A stretch of 64,000 nucleotides of DNA from the NCBI RefSeq assembly GCF_009914755.1, contig NC_060925.1; one strand, given 5' to 3'. A model generated the notes under the pieces. That model was not told where the DNA came from, made no database searches, and worked only from the letters and a program-made list of their open reading frames with translations. This DNA comes from the human T2T-CHM13v2.0 reference genome, Homo sapiens. Position numbers and translations under genes: made by a program. Below, in pieces: positions 45,564-61,256 of the stretch. How positions within the stretch are numbered: position 1 is the first letter of the stretch; each line of letters opens with the position of its first letter.

Positions 45564-46136
45564 CTGAAACAACAACAATGACAAAAAACAAAACTCAACA
45601 CTCCAAAGAATAATAATCAGTTGATTTCATTCTATGTTTAGAAAAATCTATTAATTTAACAATCATAGAAGAATTAAACTAAATATTAAAAACAAACCAC
45701 ACTCATGGTTCAGCTTCTTATAGGAGATGTAAATACTTTTTAATTATTTGTCCTTATTACAGTGAAAACATGGGAAGTGAATAGCAAAAGTATAGTTAAT
45801 TCATGTCATGGTTAAACTTTTCTAGCATGACCTCTGTGAAAAACATAGGTTAAATTTTTGTCGACCTTCAAAACATGTATGGCCATCATATGCCATTCCC
45901 AAAGGATTTTTAATTCTTAAATAAAAGAAGTCTGTGTCAAAATGGAAAGGCTCACTGTTAATGAATTACATCTATTCTTTAAATATATCTACTTCGATAC
46001 CATAAAATAATATTTAAAGAACTCAGAAAATTTTTAATTTTGTCAGTTAGAAAAGTCTCCTCCTTGTACTAGATAGAAACTTAACAATTAAGTGTTTTAT
46101 ATTTTGAAATAATTTTGTCTGTACATTAATTCTCAC

Positions 46137-46294
46137 CCATCAACTTTTTCTTCTTCAGTTGAATTTGTGGCCTTGACAAATTCACTGTACTCTTGGCCTG
46201 GGTCATAGAGTTTGGCACTATCACAGAGAGACTGTAAACTGTCTGCAAGGGAAGCAGCCTGCAGATGCTGCATGTGGAAGAGGTTAACTGTTAC
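46137..46294 (-). CDS. ARHGAP29: ARHGAP29 exon 13, end of F-BAR region (VTVNLFHMQHLQAASLADSLQSLCDSAKLYDPGQEYSEFVKATNSTEEEKVDG)
   Basis: ccatag|GTA and TGG|gtgaga; 158 nt. Confidence 0.93.
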
Positions 46295-49200
46295 CTATGG
46301 ACCCAGAGACAAAAGGCAGAGTAACTCATGATATACAGAATGCTATATAAACATACATTTATTTCAATGACTGCACCAATAAAAATGCCATACAGTGAAG
46401 CATACAACACTGAATATCACTCTGAACATACTATGATGCCTGATTTTGCATAAGTCTAGATTAGGGAGAAAAGCAGTTTGAATCTAATATCTAGGAGCAA
46501 TCATTTCCAGCAAAACTGGCTTTTAGCTGAAAAGTTCAAAAGTGACTTCAAAAACTCCATGCCCCAGCTGGTTCATAATTTTAGGAGATGGATGTGTTTC
46601 TGAGGATCCTCATCTCTATATCCTGATGGTCTGATCACAACTGCCTAAGAGAAAAACATGGGGAAAACACTTCCAATCAAAGAACTATTATTTAGACTGT
46701 TTTCACTTTTTCAATCCTATAAAAATAGAAATGCTTAACTACAGTACTCAGTTCTAATAATTAGATATTACCTTGAATTTATTCAAAATAAATTATTCCA
46801 TTGAGTTTCACAAATGCCTAAATATATTATCACTATCATCACTTGTACTAACAACAATAGCAGCAGCTGACAAGTGTGTACAATATGCCAGACCCATTCT
46901 CAGAGTCTTACATGAATACACTAATTTGATGTTCACAAAAACCTAGGCTTTGGGTATATTACAGCAAACCGATGAGATACTGACCCTCCTGGACCTTTAC
47001 GTTCTCCTGAGGGTGGTACGCGAGAGAAGTAACAAATTACGTAAATAAAATACTTTCTGGTACTGAAAAATGCTATAAATACTACATAAGAATGTCAAAT
47101 TATGCAGTATGACCAGGTACGTGTTTGTGAAAGGGTATTTCCAACATGGTAAATTAGGGAAGGCTTCTCTGAGGAGGTAACATTTGAACTGCGAGCCGAT
47201 GTAAGAAAAGCTTCATGGAGATCAATCCAAATGAAAGGAGGAGGTAGTGCAAATGTGAATGCGAAAGAGCTTGTCATGCTCAAGAAAGAGATGAAAGGTC
47301 AATATGGTTGAAGTATATGGAAAGAGCTGGAGCTCTGGTTTAAGATAAAGCTAAAAAAAGAAGTAGTCATCTGAACTATGGCAAGGTGTCTGAATTTAAG
47401 AGCAACAGGAAGCTGGTGGAGCATTTTACACAAAGCTGTAACATGATCTGATTTATTCTTTAAAATGACACTCTGGCTTCTTTGTGGGGAAGATATTTAA
47501 GGGTAGCAATCTGAATAAGTGCTAAATTTCGATTAGCTTAATGTTATTTCAAAGACTGCCATGTTTCCTCTTCATCTCTCTTGATATACCAGATGATAGG
47601 ATAATTAGCCTCTAAGTCCTTTTCAATGTAGACAGGCATTCCCTAAGGATACTTGACTCTGCATAAATAGTATTTGAAAAGTACAGATAACAGAATAAAT
47701 AGCTTATTTGTGCCCTAACTTCTTCAAGAAACAAAGAAAATTCAAACTGCATAAGGTACAGTTTAATTCTAGCAACTGGCTATGTTAGAGCATTCTCCAG
47801 CTAAAGGTAAACTGCTTACTCTCTTGATCCTAAAGGTAACTTGCACGCTAGGTGACCTTCATCAAGTTATTTATAATTTATTTAAACCAGTGCATTGAAA
47901 AAGTTAATGTGCAAATGAATCACCTTGGGGATCTTGTCCAAATGTAGATTATGGTTCTAAGGATCTGTGTTGAAACCCAAGATTCTGCATTCCTCATAGG
48001 CTCTCAAAGTAATGGCAATATGACTGGTCCAAGGACCGCATCTTGAGAAGGCTTTCTAAACTTTAGTTTTCTCATCAGTAAAATGGAGCTAAAAACTTGA
48101 TAGGATTTTTGTGAGAATTAAATGAATTAATGTAGACCATGAGCTTAATACACTGGCAGGTACGTAGTCAATCTTAGCTATTATTAGCTATTGTTTGAGG
48201 TGAAGAGAATTTGTCAAAAGTAAATGGCCTAAATGACTTCTAAGGTAATTTCAAATCCTGGATTTTATAATTCTTTTAAATCCTTTCATGATTCTTTAAG
48301 TAAATAATATATTAATTAATCAAAATTTGGAAAATAAATGAGATACAATATTAAACACTCAAAAATATTTTAAGGAAGTTTTCTGGTTCAGATGCAGTAA
48401 GCTAACTTCTCCCGTCTCCCACTAAATTCACCTAAAAATCTGAACAGAATGCACAAATCAAGACTCTGAAAAGTAAATGGAAATAAACTACAATTCAAGG
48501 TATGACCTATCCAGTGATAGGTCTACTCCTGCCCTCTTTTCCAGCCCATGCTCAGCTCCTACCCAATTCTCCAATTCCCAAAGTACAAACTGAGTGCAGA
48601 CAGAAGGAGCTCCAAGAGAGGTCCTTTCTGGCCCAAGGAACAAAAGCGGGGAGGGGTGATGGGAGATGAAACTAAAACAGTAGAAGAAAACTCCCTGGTT
48701 TCTTTTGTATATTTATTTTCTCTCCTGCCCCAGACCCCAAGCAAGTCCAAATCCCTAAGACACAATCTTATGGGAGCAGCAATGATGGCAGTAGCAGCTG
48801 AGGAGATGCCAAAACTCTGATGGAAATCCTTGTTTATGACCAGATGAACTGTAGTCTAGAGTGAGAGGGTCTGAAATTTCTGTTACTTTTTTCTCTTTAT
48901 CCTCCCCACACTTGGCCCTGGAGAAGAGCAGAATAGGCAGACCTAAGCCCCCAGCCAGAAGATTAGGAAGGGAGTCACGCAGAAGCTGGAAAATGAACCT
49001 AACTGTATCAAATGGCTGCTAAAATTGAAAAAAAAAATTAATGCTCAATATAGGTTATAAACAGGACCCAGAGTCAATAAAGTAATGATGAAAATATCTA
49101 GGATATCATTCAAAATTACTTGTCATACAAAGAACCAGGAAAATCTCAACAACTCGCAAGACAAAAGACAATAAAAAGACACCAACCCTGATACAGCTCA

Positions 49201-50631
49201 GATTTGGGACGATTAGATGAAAACTCTACAACAACTATTACAAAGGTTTCAAAAAAGTAGAGCAAACAATCTTGAAACATGGAAAAACAGAAGAAGTCTC
49301 AGCAAAGAAATGTAAGATATAAAGAAACAAAAGGAAAATTTATTGCTGAAAAATAAAATATCCAGAACAAAAAATTTACTGGATGAACTGTATGGGAGAA
49401 TGGGGATAACCAAAGGAAAAGAGACTGTGAACTTGAAGACAGATCAACAGAACACTATAAACAACCAAGAGGAAAAAGCTTTGGGGAAAAAACAGAGGAC
49501 CTCCAGAACTGCAGAAGATTAACAAAAGCTCTAGTGTTTGAGTCACTGCCTGTCAGAGAAAGAGGAAAAAGAATACTACAAAAAAAAAAAAAATTGAAGA
49601 AACAATAGTTGAAAACTTCTCAAACTTTTCAAGAGTCAAACTTGTAGATTCAAGAAGTTCAACCAATCCAAAACAGGAAAAACAGCAAAAACCAGGTCTA
49701 GATACGTCTTAAACAGATAAAATCCAAAGACAAAAAAAATCCCACAAAAACAGCCAAAGAAAAACACATGCCACAATTGGGGAATGATAATTCATATGAT
49801 TACTGGTATCTCATGAGAAACTACGGATGCCATAAGGCAGTGGAACAATATTTTTAAAGCAGTGAAAGAACTGATTTCTGTATTTAGAATTCTATATCCA
49901 GTGAAGGTGTCCTTCAGAAATAAAGACGAAATAAAGACATTCTCATATGAAACACAACCAAGTGAATCCATTACCAGCAGACCTGCTATAAAATAGTGGT
50001 AAAGGAAGTTCTGTAGACAAAGTGTTACCAGAGGAAAGATGGAACCAGTAGAATGCAAGAAGAATGAATAGAAATAGTAAATAATAGACTACTTTTTTCC
50101 TCTTAACCTCTTTATAATATGTATGACTTTTAAAAGCAAAAATTATGAGAGTCTGGTGAGGTTTTCAACGTATATGGATGTAATTTACATATATCAAATA
50201 CAACCCAGATTAGGTAAAGGAACTTCTACGGTGGTGATGCTTCTGTGTTCCACTTGAAGTGGTAAAAAACTAGTTCTAAGTAGACTGTAAAAAAATTAAG
50301 TGTATGTATAAATATAGATAAGTGTGCAACCATTTTTTTTAAACTTGGCTATTTATAGAATAATCTATTTTAGGCTGAATTGTCCTAGTACATGTTTTAA
50401 TGCATCTAGCATTTTCATAAAACTCTGGAAGCCACATTAAATGCTCGGCTTCTTCAACAGTTTTTCACAGTTCATTACTACACTTTCAGGTAACTAGTAA
50501 TCTCAGAACTTCTATTTCTGTTCCATGAAAGAGATAATTTTTTTTTTACCAGAATGCTTATTTTGTATCTTAATGACACAATATCCATTTTCATATATGA
50601 CAGAATCCATATATGTACTACTACATCTGTA

Positions 50632-50946
50632 TGTTCTTAGTCACATCAGGCTGCTACAACAAAAATACCACAGAGTGACTTAACAAAGATTTATTTCTCA
50701 CAGTTGTAGAGATTGAGAGATCAAGACCAAGGCACTATCAGATTCAGGGTCTGGTGTGGGCCCCAATTCCTGATGCGTAGACTGTTCTTCTCTCTGTGTC
50801 CTCACATGATAGAAGGGGAAGGGTCATGAGGGCTCCACCTAGTCACCTCCCAAAAGCCCCACCCTCCAAATATCATCACATCATCACACTGGGGATTAGG
50901 AACTCAACATGCTAATTTTGCAGGGGGTCATAAGCAGTCCATAGCA
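50632..50946 (-). mobile_element. ERVL-MaLR LTR (MLT1A/MST family)
   Basis: tgttcttagtc..ggctgctacaacaaaa...cagtccatagca termini. Confidence 0.75.
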
Positions 50947-52288
50947 ACTCAGTTCAACCAAGTCTTAAACAGATAAAAACCAAAGATTCAACCAAGATTG
51001 TGAGGTTCTAATGAGAATTTACAATGCTAAATGATCTCAAAAACCATTATGTTTTGATATATGCTGCTTAACTGGTTGACTCTATATGACATAAACAATC
51101 AAACACATTTTTTCATTGGTCAAGCGATGTAGTTTTACATTTAGCTTCACTGAGAGTAAATGTAGACAAAAGTAAAAAGTAATAATAGAAGTCTACATGC
51201 AACCATTGTGGTTATCAAGGCAATGCAAGTTTCTAAATGATAATTAGAGGGAGATTTTCTCGGGTTATATAAAAAGATAAAAATTGAATTTCCTAACTGG
51301 AAGCTGGCCAGGAGTGGTTTGTAACTGCTATATTCTCTTGAAAAAGACACTGTAGTCATTAGAACGAGAAGGGAAGGGAAAGAGTTCTACCAAACAAAAT
51401 CTCAGTTTTGGTTCATTTATTAAACTTTTCTCTCATTTTATAAGAACAAAGGGGAAAAAAACCATTCTGGTGATTGGACCCATGGGCCAGGCAACCCAAT
51501 ATTCAATTGACAGTGAATCCAAGACATTGCAAGCAATATTCAGTTTATGACAGTGGTGCCAGGGGAGGTGTTATGAGCATCCACACTGTTTTTTCCTTCA
51601 CAATGTTTTCTTCAGAAAACATTTAAAAGTTAGGAATATAACCTGAGCTACTATAGCTTCTTAATAACACAGATGTGTGCAACCAATTTTTTAAAAAAGG
51701 TATATGAAGATACATAATAAAAAACCCAGTAGACAAATTAAAATATATGTCTAGAAAAGTATCAATTCATCCAAAAGACGGCAGCAAAAGGGAAATAGAT
51801 TAAGGAAAATATCATAAGGCATAAACAAAAAAGAAATAAAATGATAAAACTAAATCTGAACATATATTTACCTTAAATATAAATGGTCTAAACACTCCAC
51901 TTATAAGATAGTGCCAAAATAGATTTTTAAAAAAAATCACAATAGAAGTATATGCTCTCTATAATGCTATATAAGAAACTCACTTTAAATATGATAAAAT
52001 TAAAAGAATGATAAAAGATATGCTACACTCAAAATAACCAAAAGAAAACTGGAATAACATATCAGTATTAAATAAAGTAAAATAAAAAGCAAGGGAATTT
52101 ATCAGTATAAAAAGAGACACATTTCTAGGGATAAAAGGATCAATATACCAAGATCATTAATAATTGTTACTGTGTAAGCAACGGAGCTTCAAAATACATA
52201 AAACAAAAACTGATAGAACTAAAAACACACAATATGTTGGAGACTTCAAAACTCCTTTCTCAGTAATCGATAAAAGTAGCAAAGGTAA

Positions 52289-52769
<481 letters not shown>

Positions 52770-54404
52770 CCTGTTTTTCTTTTTAAATTTTATTGATTTC
52801 TTTTTACTGATTTCTGCTTGTTTATGACTCACATCCTGGGTCATAAAATAAACTACATAACAAATTTAAGAGAAATGTAATCATAACCAGTATTTCTCCC
52901 ACCATAATAGAATTAAACTAAAAATCAGTATCAGGAAGATATCCAGAAAATCCTCAAATACTTGGAAATTAAACAACAGACTTCTACATTATCCACAGAT
53001 CAAAGATGAAGTCTCAAGGGAAATTAGAAAATATTTGGAACTGAATATAAATGAAAATACAAATTTTAAAATTTGTGGGATATACATAAGCAATGCTTAG
53101 AGCGGAAAATTTAAAGAATTAAATGTATCAGAAAAGCACAGGAAGGTCTCAATAAACAACATAAGCTTGTGCTTTAAGAAACTTTTTTAAAAAGGCAAAA
53201 TAAACCCAAAGAAAGTAGAAATAAGAATAAAATGCAGAAATCAGTAAAATTAAGAAAAAGAAAAACTGATGAAACTAAATGCTATTTCTTTTTTAAAAAG
53301 ATAATAAGACTTATAAACCTCTTGCCAGACTGACCAATGAGAGAGAAAGAGAAAAAAGATGCAAATTACCAGTATCGGGAATGAAAGAGAGGTTATTACT
53401 ACAGCCCACTGAGACATTAAAAGGTAAGAGAATACTACAAGACACACTGTGCACATAATTCAACAACCTAGATAAAAAGGACCAATTCCATGAAAGCCAC
53501 AAGCTACCAAAAATCACCTAAGAAGAAATAATTAACTTGAATAGGCCTATATCAAAATACACTGAATACGTAGTAAAAAAAAAATTTTCCAAAGGAGAAA
53601 ATCCCAAGCCTAGACACTTTCACTGGAGGAATGTTATCAAACTTTTAAAGAAGAAATAACACAAATTTGAAACAATCTTTTCCAGAAAACAAAATAGGAG
53701 GAAGCACTTTCCAATTCATTTTATGCAGCCAGAATCACCCTGACACTTTCAAAACTAGACAAAAACATTTTTTTTAGACATATCAATCTTTCACTGAGAG
53801 AAAAAGAAAAAATACTCAACAAAGTAGCAAATTGAATCCAGCAATATAAAAAAGAAAACAATTCCTCATGACCAAGAGGGGCTTATTCCAGGGATGCAAA
53901 GCTAGGTCCACACTCATGTATTAACGTAATGCACCATATTTACAGGCTAAAAACAAAACCACATGTATCAAATAATGCAGAAAAATATTTGATAAAATCT
54001 AACCTTTATTTATGATAAAACTCTCAGCAAACTAGAAAAAAGAAATTTCTTAACCAGATAAAAGGCACCTTCAAAGAACCTACAGCTATCACCATATTTT
54101 ATGATGAAAGACTGAGTGCTTTTCCCCTAAGATGGACAATTAGGCCAGGATGTCTTCTCTCACCACATCTATTTAACAGTGTACTAGAAGCCTTAGTTAG
54201 GACAATAAGAAAAAGAAATAAAAGGAATACAGATTGGAAAGGAAGATATAAAACTGTCCCTATTTGCAGGTAACATAGTTTTCTATGTAGAGAATCCCAA
54301 AGGATCTACAAAAAGCTCCCAAGAGTGAGTTTAGCAAGGCTGCAAAATATAAAACCAACACACAAAATATCAAGTATATTTCTAAATATTAACAATTAAA
54401 ACAG

Positions 54405-54702
54405 CCAGCCACGGTGGCTCACACCTGTAATCTCAGCACTCTGGGGGGCCAAGGTGGGTGGATTCCTTGAGCCCAGGAATTCAACACCAGGTTGGGCAAA
54501 CATGGCAAAACCCAGTCTCCACAAAAAAATACAAAAATTAGCTGGGCATGGTGGCATGCACGTGTAGTCTTAGCTACCTGGGAGGCTGAGGATTGCTTGA
54601 GCCCAGGAGGGTGAGGCTGCAGTGAGCTATGATCACACCACTGCACTCCAGCCTGAGTGACAGAGTAAAACCCTGTCTCAAAAAACAAAAACAAACAAAA
54701 AA
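54405..54702 (+). mobile_element. AluJ element
   Basis: Diverged Alu consensus. Confidence 0.88.
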
Positions 54703-55202
54703 CCCCCCAAACCAATTAACAATGGGAATTTTAAATAAAGGAAATCTATACATATGCACTTATGTGTACATATAGACCATTCACAATAGCCCCCCCAAAT
54801 AAACACATACATATATAGGATTAAATCTAACACAACTTATTAAAGGTATGTTGAAAACTACAAAATGCTGATTTTTTTTTCTTAATCAAAGACCTAAGTA
54901 GTTGGAGAGACATAATATGTTCATGTGTTGGCAACTTTATATTGCTAAGATGCTACATATACAGTCAATGCTCCCCAGTCTGATCTAAAATTTAATATCA
55001 ATTCCAACCAAAATGTTGGCAAGAGTTTTTTGGAGATATGGACAAGCTGATTCTAACATTTTTATGGAAGGTCAAAGAACCTTAAATACTCAAACAATTC
55101 TATAAAAGAATAAAGCTGGAAGACCCACACTGTGTACCTGATTTTAAGACTTGCTGCAAAGCAAAAATAATCAAGACACTGGGGCTTTATAAAAAGGACA
55201 GC

Positions 55203-55457
55203 GAGAACCAAACACCACATGTTCTCAATCATATGTGGGAACTGAACAATGGAATCACTTGGACACAGGGTGGGGAACATCACACACCGGGGCCTGTCGG
55301 GGGGCTGGGCACTGGGGGAGGGATAGCATTAGGAGAAACACCTAATGTAAATGATGAGTTGATGGGTGCAGCAAACCAACATGGCACATGTATACCTATG
55401 TAACAAACCTGCACGTTGTGCACATGTATCCTAGAACTTAAAGCATTAAAAAAAAAG
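55203..55457 (+). mobile_element. 5'-truncated L1PA 3' end
   Basis: Canonical L1PA 3'UTR (gggggagggatagcattaggaga...cctagaacttaaag); TSD aaaaaggacagc/aaaaaagacagc. Confidence 0.9.
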
Positions 55458-55614
55458 ACAGCAAGTACTTCAGTGCAACAAAATAGAAAATAAACAAGTA
55501 GACACCTACAAATATGGTCAACTGATTTTTACCAAGATGCAGAGGCAATTTAATGAAAATGGCATAGTGTTTTCAACAAATGGTATCAAAACAAGTGGAT
55601 ATCTGCATTTACCA

Positions 55615-56143
55615 TGTTTTTTATTTTCTCTATTTTATGCAGTTTTGACATCTTAAAAAGCATGCTGGCCAATGAGAGACTGACTCTCTCTGGGCTAGCT
55701 AATTCCTAGAGATAGCCAAGGGCACAGCTAGGATCACAGCTTTCATGTGCAAAGCAACAAGTCTCAAGTCTATAGATCCAGCCACCTCCTTCTCTAACTC
55801 TTACACACAAAGCCAATTATTTTCTCTGTCCTAAATCACCCCAGGGCCAGGTACCAAACAACGGGAGACCATCCCTATGCTCCAAAGTCCATGGAAATTC
55901 ATACTAGCCAATCCTAAACAGTTTACCTTGCCTTTCCTGAGGAAACCCCAATAAAAGCTCTACTTAGCTTTCTTTCATCCCTACTTACGCTTGCCAAACC
56001 TGGTAATTCCCTTGTGGCCCTGTGTGGATTGACATGTCCCCTTCTCTTGGGAAATTTAAATCCTAAGTTTTTCTTTCAATGGCACTGACCTTTCTGTGTC
56101 ACTCCGATAAAGTAACATCCTGTGGGTATAATTTTATTATAAC
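55615..56143 (+). mobile_element. ERV1 solo LTR (MER39/MER34-like)
   Basis: gggctagctaattcctagagatagc motif; AATAAA near 55950; TG...CA ends. Confidence 0.65.
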
Positions 56144-57639
56144 ATCCATATGCTAAAAATGAACCTCAACCTGTACCTTAAACCTTACACAAAAATTAAG
56201 CCCAAACGGATCATATATCTATATGTAAAACTATTGAAATTTTAGTAGAAATCACAGGATGAATCTTTATGATCTTGGGTTAGGTAAAGCACTCTTAGGT
56301 ATAACCAAAAGCATGACTCATAAAAGAAAAAACTGATAAGTTGGATTCCAACAAAATTAAAACCTCTTTCTCCCCAAAAGACACTGCTAAAAGAATAAAA
56401 AGAGAAGCTCCAGAATGAGAGAAAATATATGCAAGCTCAACAATAAGAAAATAAACAACTCAATTTTTAAGATAGCTAAAACACAGATTGTCAATAAGCC
56501 TTTGAAAAGATGCTCAATATCGTTAATCATTTTTAGAAACACAAATTAAAACCACAATTAGATAACACACCTATTGGAACAGCTAACATTTAAAAACAAT
56601 GACTGATACATGTCAAGGACACAGAACAACCAAAACTCTCATACACTGCTGGTTAGAATGAAAAATATTATAGCCACTCTGGAAAACAGTTTGGCAGTTT
56701 CTTATAAAGGTAACTACACATTTAGCACACCAGCCAGTAATCCCACTCCTGGTATTGACTTGAGAAACAAGAAAACTTATGTTCAACAAGAATGTATAAG
56801 AAAATATTCTGCGGCTCTATTCATAATCACCCCAAACTGGAAACACCACAAATGTCCAACTAGTGAATGGATAAACACTGTAGTACAGTCATACAATGGA
56901 ATTCTGCAATAAAAAGAAACAAACTATTGATACATGCATAACATTGATGAATCTCAAAGGCATTATGCTGAGTAAAATAAACCAGTCAAAAGGTTATATA
57001 CTATATGATTTCACTTGTATGACAATCTGGAAAAGACCAAACTCATAAGGCAGAGAACAGATCAGTACTTGCCAGGGGTTAGGAGTGGGCAGAGAGTTGG
57101 ACTACAAAATAAGTAGCATGAAGGAATCATTTTTAAGTGATAGCATTGTTCTGAATCCTGATTGTGGCAGTACTTACACAAATTTGTAACTGTTAAAACT
57201 TGTGGACTATACATGAAAAAAAGGTTTTCCATGTAATTAATTTTACGAAAAACATTTTAAAGAGTAAATAAAAATACTTCAGGACAGAATGCTTTGTCTC
57301 CAAATAATTTGGTTCAATTTTAATATTTAATTTACTCCAATTCTGAAGAATATATCTCAGAGCACTGGCAGAAGTTTCAAGGGTCAAATCAATGATGTCG
57401 GCAAAGCCAAGAAAACTGGTGGCTTAGAGGCAATTTTAAACTCTCAGACTTCAATTTTAACCAAACAAATCATCAATCCAGAGAACATGGGGAAAGGCAG
57501 ATCAAAAGAAATTCAAACTGTATATCACTATGAAAAACTGAAAATCAATCTGCAAACTCAACACATTTCATTAATCTCAGAATCTAAATCCCGTAAGAAT
57601 TGTAACTTATCAGGCATACCTTCCCCTTCTGCAGATAGA

Positions 57640-57868
57640 GACTTCTCTTTCTTTTCCCTCCCTCCCTTCCTTCCTCCCTCCCTTCTTTCCTCCCTCCCTT
57701 CTTTCCTTCCTTCCTTCTCTCTCTCTCTCTCTTTCTTGATCACCCACTCTAGAGTGGGTAATCATAATCGAAGCTCACTATAACCTCAAACTTTTGGGCT
57801 CAAGTGATCCTCCCACCTCAGCCTCCCAAAGTGCTGGGATTACAGGTGTGAGCCACCATGCCTTGCCT
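57640..57868 (-). mobile_element. Alu monomer (FLAM-like) with a (CCTT)n/(CT)n tail
   Basis: Reverse Alu left arm next to a pyrimidine microsatellite, about 45 bp from the exon 12 donor. Confidence 0.75.
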
Positions 57869-57914
57869 GATGGTCTTTTCTTCTTGCCTTCAAAATACTG
57901 AAGAAATTACTTAC

Positions 57915-58052
57915 AGCTTTAAGGGTAAGATCACACTGGAAAACAAGTGTCCGGAGTTGTGCTAAAATTTCTCTTTTGGTATTTTCTAGATCATTTCTTC
58001 TTTCTTCAACATTTGTCACACAAACTTTGTAAAGTTCATTTGCTTCTTCTAC
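57915..58052 (-). CDS. ARHGAP29: ARHGAP29 exon 12 (VEEANELYKVCVTNVEERRNDLENTKREILAQLRTLVFQCDLTLKA)
   Basis: gtgaag|GTA and GCT|gtaagt; 138 nt; ORF 57840..58085. Confidence 0.95.
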
Positions 58053-58739
58053 CTTCACAAATATCACAGAAAAAAAAAATAACACTAGAATTTATATTTT
58101 AAACAAATATTTACTATAGTAAAGCTAAGTTGAAATAACTGAAAATTCTGAAATCTTCTGTTTTCAAAATAATACTTCTGAAGTTAATCTGTTCTGGTCA
58201 GTGATTCAAAGGCAGTTGATTTTAATGGACAGCCATGTACAATTTATAATTAGTACACTGTCTATAAAATATTTGCTTCTATTTGAAATAGCATTTTATA
58301 TTTATATTTACTATATTCCATATAATCTTACAGAATTTGTTCGTAAAATTACATTTCATCAATAATACAAAGCTTTTGCCTATCCTTGCTATCAGGTGCC
58401 TGAATTAGTACACATACACACACACACTTGCCTAAAAGGTGAACTTTCTTGTCAAGTAAAATAAACTACTGCCTTCTCTAAGACATTCTTTCACAAACTC
58501 CAAAATTCAGGTCTCAGCATAGTGGTTCTCAAAATGTGGATCTTCACCAACAGCATCAGCACGACCTGAGAGCCTATTAAAAAATGTTGACCTACTGAAT
58601 GAGAAACTCTGGGGGATGGGCTTAGCCATGTTTTAACATGCCTTTCCAGGCAGTCTTGGCAGACGCAGAACTTTGACACCAAACTTCTGGCAGATTACCG
58701 CTAATTCAACTTGCAAATAAAAAAGAAAAAGATCGTTAC

Positions 58740-58928
58740 TTTTTGGAGAGCCTCCTCTTCCAACCTTCGCTTTTTTTCTAGTTGCTTGTTGAGATTTTTT
58801 GCTAATCCGCCACTTGAAGACAGATGCTCCTCTTCTGCACGAAACATGGAAGACTTTGCTTTCTCATATTCATCTTGACGTTGCATGCATAATAATTTTG
58901 CCTTTTTGAGAGCATTCTCTGCTTCAAG
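58740..58928 (-). CDS. ARHGAP29: ARHGAP29 exon 11 (LEAENALKKAKLLCMQRQDEYEKAK...EEEALQK)
   Basis: gtgtag|CTT and AAA|gtaacg; 189 nt; ORF 58701..58886. Confidence 0.95.
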
Positions 58929-59113
58929 CTACACCGAAAAGAGTATTAAACACAGAATATGAAAGAAATCCTACTGAACAAGTGTCTTTAGCATATTCAG
59001 CAAGATAGTTAAGACAATATTTTAGAAAAATGAGAGCAAGGAAGGTCAGTATATACTGCAGATTATTTTAAATGTTCACAAATAGGTACATGAAACTCCA
59101 TTTTAATACTAAC

Positions 59114-59194
59114 CATTTTATTTTGCTCCTGTTTCCAAAGCTCTTTTATTTCTTTCCTTTGTTTTTCCATTTCATTTTTCCTTCCAAGTAGAGG
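59114..59194 (-). CDS. ARHGAP29: ARHGAP29 exon 10 (PLLGRKNEMEKQRKEIKELWKQEQNKM)
   Basis: tttcacag|CCT and ATG|gttagt; 81 nt; coiled-coil-like translation. Confidence 0.93.
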
Positions 59195-59295
59195 CTGTGA
59201 AAGGTATTTAAAATGGAAAAAGAGAAAAGCAATTTTCTAATGGCATGCCATTGCTTAAAAATAAAAGTGCATTATACATATAAATTAATCTTTAC

Positions 59296-59406
59296 CTGCA
59301 CAAATTTGTTAGCCTGGAGAGCTGCAATTGTTTGTTGTAAAAGGTGACTGCTTTCTATATCATTAAGAAGAGCATTAGTAAACAGAGACTGCAGTGGCAT
59401 GAACTC
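59296..59406 (-). CDS. ARHGAP29: ARHGAP29 exon 9 (EFMPLQSLFTNALLNDIESSHLLQQTIAALQANKFVQ)
   Basis: ttttag|GAG and CAG|gtaaag; 111 nt, open frame. Confidence 0.93.
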
Positions 59407-59578
59407 CTAAAATTTAAAATTGAAAAGTAAATTTTACAATAGAAATGGCACTAGAATTCCAAACACATCACTACCCTTCTTCAAAAAGGGAAACTAAGTT
59501 TAGACTTTTGCCCCCAGAAAAATAACTAGTCAAAAACATGACTATGAGAAAAATATAGAAGAAAATTAATTATAATTA

Positions 59579-59946
<368 letters not shown>

Positions 59947-60125
59947 CGTATTTCCTAGATTTTTTCATAATGGACATCCATCTAAACTTAAAATAATTTT
60001 GTCAATAAAAAGATCAGCATTTAAGTGCTTTCCTATATTAACTGAAATATTCTGATTTTGCAAATTATTGGGAGTTCATGAGTAGTTTCTTATTATAGAA
60101 CCCCCGAAGTTCACAGAACACTTAC

Positions 60126-60190
60126 CTGAATTCCAATGTTAGTTCTAGTTGCCTCTGCCAACTTGACCATATTTCTAGTGGACTCCAATT
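60126..60190 (-). CDS. ARHGAP29: ARHGAP29 exon 8 (ELESTRNMVKLAEATRTNIGIQ)
   Basis: ttttcag|AA and CAG|gtaag; 65 nt; phase consistent with neighbours. Confidence 0.93.
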
Positions 60191-60329
60191 CTGAAAAGTT
60201 CAAAGAGGGTATCAGAAGGTAAAATCAATTTATTTTTCCCCCTGTATACTCTAAAATTACTTGTAGTAATTCCACAATTAAGAAGTGATCACAAATACTA
60301 GTGTGTATCAAGATATAATACAGCAATAC

Positions 60330-60493
60330 TTCTTTCTTCCTTTTTTTTTTTTTTTTAAAAAGAGACATGGTCTCACTACGTTGCCGAGGCTGGTCTCCAA
60401 CTCCCAGGCTCAAGTGATCTTCCAGGCTCAAGTGATCTTCCAGCCTCAGCCTCAGGAATAGCTGGGATTACAGGCATAAGCCACCATGTACAG
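60330..60493 (-). mobile_element. FLAM monomer with an internal 18-bp tandem duplication
   Basis: ccaggctcaagtgatctt repeated twice. Confidence 0.8.
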
Positions 60494-61256
60494 CTCTTAA
60501 TGCAGCACTTCTTAATTGTGAGTGCTCATCAGAATCAACTGGGAAACTCTTTCAGAATATATTTGCCTCCATTTCACCTCTCTGAAGGATAGGACCTAGG
60601 CTTGTGTACTGACCCTCTACAAGACTATTCAGGTGATTCTGATTAGCATTCTCTATTATAAGCAAATAATACAGTAGAAAGAGCATAGGCTTTGGGTAGA
60701 TTCTATATTCTTCCAGTTATGCTATATGACTTTAAGCAAATCTGCTATATGACCTTAAGAAATCTCCTGTCTTGTCTCTCTCAGCTGTAATATAGGAAAA
60801 ACAATTCTTGTCTTGCCTACTTCTCAGAGTTTTTGTAAGAAGTAAATAAGATAATGACTACGAAAACATTTTGATAACTGTAAAACACTGAGGAAATATT
60901 AGCTATTAAAATGTTTCTTCTCTGTTTCCATTGCCTTCTACTCATACATCTATTGTTGCTGTTATCTCCTGACCATATTATCTGACTGCATTTCCTCTTA
61001 CCCACTAGAGTATGACTTCTTTGAAGGCAGAGACAGTATTCTATTTGTCTTTGTGTCCCTAGGTCTAGTAGTTGGTCCACAGTAAATACTCACTAATTCC
61101 ATCTAGTGTAAGAAGAGTCTTTTCTGGATAATGGTTTTATTCATTATAATGAAACAGGTACTAATTTGGAATTCTATTACTCATAATCTGTAAAAAATGA
61201 GTTAGAAACAACTTAATTATTATACTCTAAATCAGATGCTTTAAAAGGCAACTCAC